A DNA stretch of 32,000 nucleotides from an uncultured bacterium (GTDB taxonomy: Bacteria > Patescibacteriota > Gracilibacteria > UBA1369 > PNNO01), in NCBI GenBank assembly GCA_963704705.1, contig OY969931.1, forward strand, positions 1,170,001 through 1,202,000, read 5' to 3'. The stretch's first letter is position 1. Every line of letters starts with the position of its first letter. The notes below the pieces were generated by a model that did no database searches, had not been told where the DNA came from, and worked only from the letters and a program-made list of their open reading frames with translations. Below, piece by piece: positions 17,992 to 24,754 of the stretch. The translations under genes were made by a program, and so were the position numbers.

Positions 17992-18269
17992 GCAATTGCA
18001 CACACTCAAAAAAAACCGTAAGTCATTTCTCGACTTTCGCTTTTTTTTGCGCCTGCGGCGGTTGTGTGTGCAACAACGTACAACAAACGCATATTCAACT
18101 CTCTTCTCTTTCATGTTTCATTTTCTTTTAACCAATTAAATCACTTAATAAATAAAAATAAATTCACTACAAATAACCCGTTCGTCTAAATTAGGCTTCT
18201 CTCGCCGCGGTGATTGGGATATTATATCACCGCTTCTCGTTCAGCCTAACTTTGTATATGCGTTGGACG
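17986..18269 (+). repeat. cassette 10: ORF-less cassette, copy 3 of 3
   Basis: Same 284-bp unit as 15948-16231. Bounded by G|TTGCAC and ggacG|TT. Confidence 0.8.
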
Positions 18270-18275
18270 TTGTAT
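18068..18275 (+). repeat. attC 10 (within ORF-less cassette)
   Basis: R'' GTGCAAC (18068-74), R' GTTGTAT (18269-75). Same architecture as attC 4. Confidence 0.6.
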
Positions 18276-18309
18276 GATATAATCAAATAAATTCTTTAAC
18301 ATTGTAAAC

Positions 18310-18777
18310 ATGAAAAAGTTTGTACTGGGACTAACAGTTGGAATAATCGTTGCAATTGCGCCAGCAGTTTATGCAATGATCGTTCCTCCGGTAAATTTTA
18401 CTGATGTCAGCCAAAACGATTGGTATTATACTCCCGTAACACAATTGGCTACCATGGGTATTATTAATGGTTATTCCGATGGATCGTTTAAACCTACAAA
18501 TTCAATCAACAGGGCTGAAACTGCTAAACTTATTTATGCACTTTATGAGCAACTTAACGATAGTAGCAAAGTGGCGGATTTAGAAAATAGAATTGAAATT
18601 TTAGAGACTCAGATGAGCACATTAAGTTTACCGGGAGACTGCTATTATAATAATACTTGGTATTCAACCGGGGATACGGTTCCACAGGATAATGTTTGCG
18701 AAACAGATGTTTGTGGTCCTGGGTCTTGTACATGTCAAGATGATGGAAGTCTTGCGCAATGTGCAATAACCTACTAA
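18310..18777 (+). CDS. cassette 11 (18270-18923): secreted/anchored SLH-domain protein (155 aa)
   Basis: N-terminal signal/TM segment. FTDVSQNDWYYTPVTQLATMGIINGYSDGSFKPTNSINRAETAKLI fits the S-layer-homology consensus. A short coiled coil and a Cys-rich C-terminus follow. Confidence 0.65.
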   Translation: MKKFVLGLTVGIIVAIAPAVYAMIVPPVNFTDVSQNDWYYTPVTQLATMGIINGYSDGSFKPTNSINRAETAKLIYALYEQLNDSSKVADLENRIEILETQMSTLSLPGDCYYNNTWYSTGDTVPQDNVCETDVCGPGSCTCQDDGSLAQCAITY

Positions 18778-18796
18778 AAGCTAATTTGATTACATC

Positions 18797-18929
18797 ACAC
18801 AACAGCTGATTATGCGGTTCCACTCGCCTATCGGCTCGTTTCACCCAACTTTTCAAACGGTGGTTGCACGTCTGGCGACGTGATATTATACCACCGTCAA
18901 AAAGTTCGCATAGTCAGCGGACGTTAGGC
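18797..18929 (+). repeat. attC 11
   Basis: R'' ACACAAC, R' GTTAGGC. L arms gctgattatgcg/cgcatagtcagc (1 mismatch). Inner stem ttttcaaacggtgg/ccaccgtcaaaaa. ATTATACCACC core. Confidence 0.85.
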
Positions 18930-19015
18930 GATATTATTTTATTAAGGTATTTAATGTCTACAAGCTTTACAAGATAATTATTTTATGTATAATTATTTCC
19001 TTTAATAAATATATT

Positions 19016-19225
19016 ATGACTCGACCTAAATTAGATAAAGATCCAAAACTAAAAAGAAGTGAAAGGCTAACTGCTTTTATTGATGAAGAAAGTATGAAAA
19101 GGATTCAATGGGCAGCATTCGTTACAAAGAAATCTATTGGAGAAGTTCTTGGTGATTTGATTATGAAGAATATAAAAGAACCGCCAAAGGAAATAGATGA
19201 AGATCCATTTTTACATGAAGAATAA
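19016..19225 (+). CDS. cassette 12 (18924-19369): small RHH/CopG-like protein (69 aa), tentative
   Basis: The pattern RSERLTAFIDEESMKRIQWAAFVTKKSIGEVLGDLI looks like a beta-strand/helix/helix ribbon-helix-helix layout. Judged by eye only. Confidence 0.4.
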   Translation: MTRPKLDKDPKLKRSERLTAFIDEESMKRIQWAAFVTKKSIGEVLGDLIMKNIKEPPKEIDEDPFLHEE

Positions 19226-19229
19226 CATC

Positions 19230-19375
19230 GCCTAACAGCAAACTATCCGGTTCAGCCTTTTTTGATGCGCGGCTTTGCACGCGCAAAAGGCTTCACCCAA
19301 CTTTTTTTGCAATGGTGGCGCTGACGCGCTATTATACCATCGCAAAAAAGTTCGTATAGTTTGCGGCCGTTGTGT
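19230..19375 (+). repeat. attC 12 (type B)
   Basis: R'' GCCTAAC, R' GTTGTGT. L arms gcaaactat/atagtttgc. Inner stem ctttttttgcaatgg/ccatcgcaaaaaag. ATTATACCATC core. Confidence 0.85.
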
Positions 19376-19409
19376 GAAATAAATCTGTCGCCACTTAATC
19401 TAAAAATAT

Positions 19410-19850
19410 ATGGCTAAAGAAGACAAAGAACATTGCATATTCTGCAAAATCATCGCCGGCAAATCACCGGTAAGTATAGTATACGAAGATGATAGAGTTA
19501 TAGTATTCCCTCCACTTCAACCAGTAAACAAAGGCCATCTGCTCGTAATTCCTAAAAAACATGCACCTTATTTAGCCGATATTGATGAAGATACAGCTAT
19601 GTACGTCATGAAAATTGCAAAAAAAATTGCAGCAGGAATAAGAAAATCTAAATTTAAAAGTGAAGGAGTGAATCTGTTCCTCGCAGATGGCGAAGCTGCA
19701 CACCAAGAAGTCTTCCATCTACACCTACATGTTTATCCAAGATATGCCGGCGATGATTTTGACTTCAAATATGATTTAGAAAAACACTTTGTTAAAATGC
19801 AACGCTCTGAGTTAGATGAGGTAGCAAAAGAAATAAAAGATCATTTATAA
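19410..19850 (+). CDS. cassette 13 (19370-19991): HIT-family nucleotide hydrolase/transferase
   Basis: 146 aa. CIFCKII N-terminus and histidine triad HLHLHVYP. Confidence 0.9.
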   Translation: MAKEDKEHCIFCKIIAGKSPVSIVYEDDRVIVFPPLQPVNKGHLLVIPKKHAPYLADIDEDTAMYVMKIAKKIAAGIRKSKFKSEGVNLFLADGEAAHQEVFHLHLHVYPRYAGDDFDFKYDLEKHFVKMQRSELDEVAKEIKDHL

Positions 19851-19873
19851 AAGATTGGCTCCAGATTTACATC

Positions 19874-19997
19874 ACACAACAGCAAACTATCCGGTTCAGC
19901 TCCTTAAAGTCGCTTCACCCAACTTTTTTTGCAACGGTGGCGCTGACGCGCTATTATACCATCGCAAAAAAGTTCGTATAGTTTGCGGACGTTAGAC
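19874..19997 (+). repeat. attC 13 (type B)
   Basis: R'' ACACAAC, R' GTTAGAC. L arms gcaaactat/atagtttgc. ATTATACCATC core. Confidence 0.85.
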
Positions 19998-20015
19998 GCC
20001 ATTGGGCTTTTTCTT

Positions 20016-20693
20016 TTAAGCGGCTTTCGACAAGGCTTGAAGGACTTTTTGCGAATCTGTTACCCAACCAAAAATCCCACCTTGGGCTTTTATAATTTCT
20101 AAAGCAGAACGGTGGCGATCTTCGTCATAAGCCGCCATACAATCCGCGAGGACAATTGCATTAAATCCACGGTCATTTGCCCCAGAAACCGTAGTTGAAC
20201 AACAAACATCAGTGGTCACACCAGCCACGAGTAAATTTATAATACCCCGCTCTTTCAAAACTGCCTCTAAGTCAGTCTTGTAAAAAGCGTTTTTGCCTGG
20301 TTTATCAATTACAAGTTCATCAGGCAACGGGGCGACTTCATCAATAATTCCGTGACCTTCTTCACCTCGAATTAAAATTCGTCCCATTGGTCCTTGATCT
20401 CCAATACGTCGCCCTTCTGGCCATCGAGTCAGTTTTGTTGCGGGGCAATCACTCAAGTCGGGCAAATGACCTTCTCTTGTATGGATTATAAGCATAGCTC
20501 TTTCTCGAAAAGCTCGAATTATCTTCTGAATTGGTGCAATTGTCCTCGCTAACAAATCAACATCATTTCCCAAGGACTCACCGTATCCACCATGTCGCAA
20601 AAAGTCCTTCTGCATATCAATCACGATCAAAGCAGTTTCCTCGAGTTTTACGTCGATAGGAGTAGGTTCTGCTTGTATGTTTACATTAGTCAT
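20016..20693 (-). CDS. cassette 14 (19992-20906): isochorismatase-family cysteine hydrolase (amidohydrolase), reverse orientation
   Basis: 225 aa. ALIVIDMQKDF (Asp), DKPGKNAF (Lys) and VAGVTTDVCC (Cys) give the catalytic-triad pattern. It is on the opposite strand to the array. A candidate own promoter on the minus strand is TTGCGC-N17-TATAGT at about 20715-20743. Confidence 0.85.
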   Translation of the reverse strand: MTNVNIQAEPTPIDVKLEETALIVIDMQKDFLRHGGYGESLGNDVDLLARTIAPIQKIIRAFRERAMLIIHTREGHLPDLSDCPATKLTRWPEGRRIGDQGPMGRILIRGEEGHGIIDEVAPLPDELVIDKPGKNAFYKTDLEAVLKERGIINLLVAGVTTDVCCSTTVSGANDRGFNAIVLADCMAAYDEDRHRSALEIIKAQGGIFGWVTDSQKVLQALSKAA

Positions 20694-20774
20694 AAGCCAC
20701 TTAATTAAAAAGAGGGCGAACTATAACATAGAAAAAGAAAAAGCGCAACCAGCTTTCGCTTCGCTTCAGCTGGC

Positions 20775-20912
20775 GCCTAACACGGCATGTGCGGTTCGGG
20801 CTTCTTTTCGGCTGGCTACGCACAGCCTCAAAGCCCTCACCCATATTTGCCACTGCTACCGCTGCGCGATATTATAGCAGTGGCAAACATCGCACATGCC
20901 GGAACGTTATGT
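20775..20912 (+). repeat. attC 14
   Basis: R'' GCCTAAC, R' GTTATGT. L arms cggcatgtgcg/cgcacatgccg. Inner stem tttgccactgct/agcagtggcaaa. ATTATAGCAG core variant. Confidence 0.85.
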
Positions 20913-20945
20913 GACATCCATTTTTTCTTATTGTAGAATAACGAC

Positions 20946-21514
20946 ATGGAAAAAGAACCAATTACACCGATTGAAATAGTAAAAGCAGATATTAAACTTT
21001 TTGAAAAATATCAAAAAGAAATTTTGGAAATCGAAAGAGAACTTATCGAAAATAGTTCATCAGCATATCTTATTGATGAACAAGATGAGCTCGATTTTAT
21101 GTTAGATGCGTTTAAAAAAGGAGGTTATGCTTATTTAGTAATGGAAAATGAAAAAGTTACTGGGTTTTTAGTTGTTGGGCCACTCGATGATGGGACTGAA
21201 TTGCCTGAAACAGATACTCAAAATTATCCAATTGCAAATTGCCTTCATATCAAAGTAATGTACATAAAAAATACAAGCAAAGGAATTGGTAGTGAAATGA
21301 TGGAAAAATTAATTCAAGAACTAGATAAAGAACAATGGAAATATTTATTTGTAAGAACTTGGATTGATCCACCAAATGAAGGAGCATTAATTTTTATACA
21401 AATCGAGCTGGCTTTGAAGCTGTTCCAAATGCAATAGTTGAATCAACAAAAAGAAAATTGAATGGAAGTGGAACACTCCAAATAAAAAGACAATATTTTT
21501 CAAAAAGGATATAG
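20946..21514 (+). pseudogene. cassette 15 (20907-21678): frameshifted GNAT acetyltransferase
   Basis: Same gene as 30259-30828, but gaaggagcATTAATT replaces gaaggagcTATTAATT (1-nt deletion near 21388). The frame changes just before the AINFYTNRAGF motif and gives a 163-aa truncated product. Confidence 0.8.
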
Positions 21515-21528
21515 AAAAAATGGACATC

Positions 21529-21684
21529 ACATAACAGGCGCATTAACGGTTCGGGTTTTTTTTGTCGGGCGGCCTAAAGCACGCCCAAAAATCCCTCACC
21601 CAACTTTTTTAACGGTGGTGACATGCCTTGCGGCATGTTATTATGCCACCGTCAAAAAGTTCGCTAATGCGCCGGACGTTAGGC
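21529..21684 (+). repeat. attC 15 (type A)
   Basis: R'' ACATAAC, R' GTTAGGC. L arms ggcgcatta/taatgcgcc. ATTATGCCACC core. Confidence 0.85.
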
Positions 21685-21706
21685 GGCATCTCTTAATCAA
21701 TCTATT

Positions 21707-21928
21707 ATGAAATTATATACAAAAATATTGTTAGCATTATTTATTGGAATAGTTCTCACCTTACTTTCAATATCATATAAATCATCTTATGAATTTCATG
21801 TACTTGAATACAGTAGTTATGAAACACGACCTTCCTGGGGATTCCCTTTGCAGTATGTATACGATAATGATGTTAGCTCACCAGTAATGTCAATGAATAA
21901 GAAGATACATTCATTTTTACATATATGA
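21707..21928 (+). CDS. cassette 16 (21679-22108): small membrane protein (73 aa), followed by an overlapping 25-aa TM ORF
   Basis: N-terminal TM helix ILLALFIGIVLTLLSI. A second ORF (21925-22002, MIGDVLIYSFLAFIPFLIFKKRDTA) starts in an ATGA stop/start overlap and stops inside R''. This is either a coupled pair or one frameshifted gene. Confidence 0.5.
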   Translation: MKLYTKILLALFIGIVLTLLSISYKSSYEFHVLEYSSYETRPSWGFPLQYVYDNDVSSPVMSMNKKIHSFLHI

Positions 21929-21996
21929 TTGGGGATGTATTAATTTACTCATTTTTGGCTTTCATACCATTTTTAATATTTAAAAAAAGAGACACC

Positions 21997-22114
21997 GCCT
22001 AACAGCAAACTATCCGGTTCCGCTCCTTGCAGTCGCTACACCCAACTTTGCCAGTGGTGGCGCTTCGCGCTATTATACCACTGTCAAAGTTCGTATAGTT
22101 TGCGGACGTTGTGC
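21997..22114 (+). repeat. attC 16 (type B)
   Basis: R'' GCCTAAC, R' GTTGTGC. L arms gcaaactat/atagtttgc. ATTATACCACT core. Confidence 0.85.
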
Positions 22115-22208
22115 GCCATTTTCGTTATTCTTTTGTTAATTATTTTACCCTTGACGCGGCAGACGTATTATGCTTTTATTAACTCCTTAATTCTTAATAT
22201 AATTAATT

Positions 22209-22548
22209 ATGAAGATTACTGAGAATTGGTCTGATGGGCACCATGAAACTGAAAAAGGAGAAGTCATGACATATAATTTTAATATACGAATTGTATAGTC
22301 TGCACCGTCAAGTATAGGACAAATAAAAAAGCGTGAAAGTAATTTGGTTGTTCAACAATGCGAATTACGACAAGCAATCTCCGAAGGTAGACTTGATGAT
22401 GCTTTAACAATTGGAACTAATGTTGAAGACGCTTTTGCAAAAAGATAGAAAGAAACCTGAGTGTAATGCGTTTAATCATCTAAAAGTATTACGAGCAGGT
22501 ATACGGGGAAAAATAGAGCAACTAAAAACCGAAGAAAGAACTATTTAG
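22209..22548 (+). pseudogene. cassette 17 (22109-22690): decayed gene, no intact ORF
   Basis: The ATG at 22209 opens a frame interrupted by two in-frame TAG codons (codon 30 and about codon 78). Coding-like sequence then continues in another frame to TAG at 22546. No ORF of 60 aa or more in any frame. Confidence 0.4.
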
Positions 22549-22572
22549 CTATCAAAAAATAACGAAAACTGC

Positions 22573-22696
22573 GCACAACAGCAAACTATCCGGTTCAGCT
22601 CCCTTCGCTCGCTTCACCCAACTTTTTTTGCAATGGTCGCGCTATCGCGCTATTATACCATCGCAAAAAAGTTCGTATAGTTTGCAGACGTTAGGC
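22573..22696 (+). repeat. attC 17 (type B)
   Basis: R'' GCACAAC, R' GTTAGGC. L arms gcaaactat/atagtttgc. ATTATACCATC core. Confidence 0.85.
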
Positions 22697-22734
22697 GAAA
22701 TGGCGACAACTAACAACAACATTTAAGATAATTT

Positions 22735-23229
22735 ATGACAATTTTTTTCGACATCCATCAAAACAAAGTTGAATTACCCCCGAATGAAAAAATTTTTTGG
22801 CGTATTTCTTCATACACAATCGTAGAACACAAAGGTAAAATTTTGGTTCTCAAACCACAATATGACACAAGTAAGTGGATTCTTCCTGGAGGTGGCATCG
22901 AAACAAATGAATCCATTGCTCAAGGGATAGAGAGAGAGTGCTATGAAGAAACTGGCTACAAAATCAAAGTCGATGCCACTCATCCTATTCACGTAGGAGA
23001 ATCAAACCTTTACCTAGAAAATGAGAAAAAATTTTTTCATTCTCTCAACTTCATATATGAAGCAAAACTATTAAGTGAAGACCAAAATAAAAAAATGATC
23101 AATTCAATAGAAACCGAAGAAGTAGAAAAAGTAGATTGGATTCCATTAGAAGAAATAAATGAAAAAAATTGTCACCACATCATGTATCCAGCAATTGAAA
23201 ATTATAAAAAGTGTCGCCACATCGCCTAA
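22735..23229 (+). CDS. cassette 18 (22691-23337): Nudix hydrolase
   Basis: 164 aa. Nudix box GGGIETNESIAQGIERECYEETGY fits GX5EX7REUXEEXGU. The stop TAA lies inside R'' (GCCTAAC). Confidence 0.9.
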   Translation: MTIFFDIHQNKVELPPNEKIFWRISSYTIVEHKGKILVLKPQYDTSKWILPGGGIETNESIAQGIERECYEETGYKIKVDATHPIHVGESNLYLENEKKFFHSLNFIYEAKLLSEDQNKKMINSIETEEVEKVDWIPLEEINEKNCHHIMYPAIENYKKCRHIA

Positions 23230-23343
23230 CACAGAATATGCGGTTTCGCTCCCGTTGGTCGCTACACCCATATTTGCTGGTGGTGGCTCACTTCGTTCGC
23301 TATTATACCACCAGCAAACATCGCATATTCTGGAACGTTGTGT
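23224..23343 (+). repeat. attC 18
   Basis: R'' GCCTAAC, R' GTTGTGT. L arms cagaatatgcg/cgcatattctg. Inner stem tttgctggtgg/ccaccagcaaa. ATTATACCACC core. Confidence 0.85.
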
Positions 23344-23377
23344 GAAATAAATCTGTCGCCACTTAATCTAAAAATAT

Positions 23378-23818
23378 ATGGCTAAAGAAGACAAAGAACA
23401 TTGCATATTCTGCAAAATCATCGCCGGCAAATCACCGGTAAGTATAGTATACGAAGATGATAGAGTTATAGTATTCCCTCCACTTCAACCAGTAAACAAA
23501 GGCCATCTGCTCGTAATTCCTAAAAAACATGCACCTTATTTAGCCGATATTGATGAAGATACAGCTATGTACGTCATGAAAATTGCAAAAAAAATTGCAG
23601 CAGGAATAAGAAAATCTAAATTTAAAAGTGAAGGAGTGAATCTGTTCCTCGCAGATGGCGAAGCTGCACACCAAGAAGTCTTCCATCTACACCTACATGT
23701 TTATCCAAGATATGCCGGCGATGATTTTGACTTCAAATATGATTTAGAAAAACACTTTGTTAAAATGCAACGCTCTGAGTTAGATGAGGTAGCAAAAGAA
23801 ATAAAAGATCATTTATAA
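23378..23818 (+). CDS. cassette 19 (23338-23959): HIT-family hydrolase, duplicate of cassette 13
   Basis: Protein identical to 19410-19850. Both cassettes are 622 bp, and the only difference I saw is one base in the attC (caaCggtgg vs caaTggtgg). Confidence 0.9.
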   Translation: MAKEDKEHCIFCKIIAGKSPVSIVYEDDRVIVFPPLQPVNKGHLLVIPKKHAPYLADIDEDTAMYVMKIAKKIAAGIRKSKFKSEGVNLFLADGEAAHQEVFHLHLHVYPRYAGDDFDFKYDLEKHFVKMQRSELDEVAKEIKDHL

Positions 23819-23841
23819 AAGATTGGCTCCAGATTTACATC

Positions 23842-23965
23842 ACACAACAGCAAACTATCCGGTTCAGCTCCTTAAAGTCGCTTCACCCAACTTTTTTTGC
23901 AATGGTGGCGCTGACGCGCTATTATACCATCGCAAAAAAGTTCGTATAGTTTGCGGACGTTGTAC
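23842..23965 (+). repeat. attC 19 (type B)
   Basis: R'' ACACAAC, R' GTTGTAC. Otherwise as attC 13. Confidence 0.85.
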
Positions 23966-24027
23966 GCCATATTTTTTTGTGCTAGTATCATATCTTATTA
24001 AATTGAATCCAACTAATAACTATACAA

Positions 24028-24369
24028 ATGAAATTAAGAAGCAATCCAAAGGGAGATCCGGAGCTGCCTATGCCTTACATCGAAGGGCTGACAGTTGATG
24101 AGGCAATTCCAGTTATTATTGCTGTGCTAGAAAAAATTGATAACCGAGATGAGCCAGTAATTTATGGCATGCAAGGTATTAACACCGTCAACCAACTTAT
24201 AAAAGCAATCCGAACTAAATCACCACAAGGACTAGAAATGCTCTCTCTCTGGAGACGCGCTGAAGCTCGTATAAAAGAGCGAGAAGGTCAAAAAGATGGC
24301 AGCCCTTCGTTCCTTAGCGAATTAAGGAATAAATTAGGAGATGCTCTAAAAAAAATAACAGGCAGATAA
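24028..24369 (+). CDS. cassette 20 (23960-24551): hypothetical protein (113 aa)
   Basis: Intact ORF. No motif recognised. Confidence 0.55.
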   Translation: MKLRSNPKGDPELPMPYIEGLTVDEAIPVIIAVLEKIDNRDEPVIYGMQGINTVNQLIKAIRTKSPQGLEMLSLWRRAEARIKEREGQKDGSPSFLSELRNKLGDALKKITGR

Positions 24370-24405
24370 AAGCACAAAAAATACACTCTCACTTCGTTCG
24401 TTGGC

Positions 24406-24557
24406 GTACAACAGGCGCATTAACGGTTCGGCTTTTTTTGCGGCTGGCTTCGCACAGCCAAAAATCCCTCACCCAACTTTTTTAACGGTGGTGGCATGTC
24501 TGGCGACATGATATTATACCACCGTCAAAAAGTTCGTTAATGCGCCGGACGTTAGGC
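24406..24557 (+). repeat. attC 20 (type A)
   Basis: R'' GTACAAC, R' GTTAGGC. L arms ggcgcatta/ttaatgcgcc. ATTATACCACC core. Confidence 0.85.
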
Positions 24558-24560
24558 GAC

Positions 24561-24660
24561 ATATTTTTGAAAAATTTGATTTTAAAATGTTTTTGGTGAG
24601 CTTTAAGAAATAAGGAATTTGATTTTTTTAATTTTTAAAGAGGGGGGGGGGTAAAAGGTG
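24561..24660. repeat. IR-L of the RM module (G-rich copy, contains G10 at 24642-24651)
   Basis: tatttttgaaaaattt...gtttttggtgagcttt...gaatttgattttttt...aaagaggggggggggt is an imperfect inverted copy of 27098-27204. The core motif AATTTGATTTTT...AGAGGGG is shared with 27787-27825 and 28571-28625. Confidence 0.7.
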
Positions 24661-24694
24661 TTTTCTCCGCTATCGCTCCAAAAACGAATTTTAA

Positions 24695-24723
24695 TTGGAA
24701 AAAAGCAAAAAGTTTTATATACT
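24695..24723 (+). promoter_or_regulatory. promoter candidate for the RM gene
   Basis: TTGGAA (24695-700), 17-nt spacer, TATACT (24718-23). RBS AAAGAGG lies 5 nt before the ATG at 24755. Confidence 0.45.
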
Positions 24724-24754
24724 TAAATTAGTTTTAACTTATTAAAGAGGTAAT

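Noticed and set aside
17884-18114. A 76-aa minus-strand ORF crossing ORF-less cassette copy 3 into attC 9.
   Set aside because: It crosses the recombination point, so its C-terminus differs in every copy. Most of it is translated hairpin arms. The shared 47-codon core is noted under the ORF-less cassette finding as an unlikely coding candidate.
19370-23959. The identical HIT cassettes and other duplicates could be assembly artefacts.
   Set aside because: This cannot be fully excluded without reads. However, each copy has different neighbours on both sides, the junctions fall exactly at G|TT, and most pairs carry private substitutions or indels. A collapsed or duplicated assembly would not produce that pattern.
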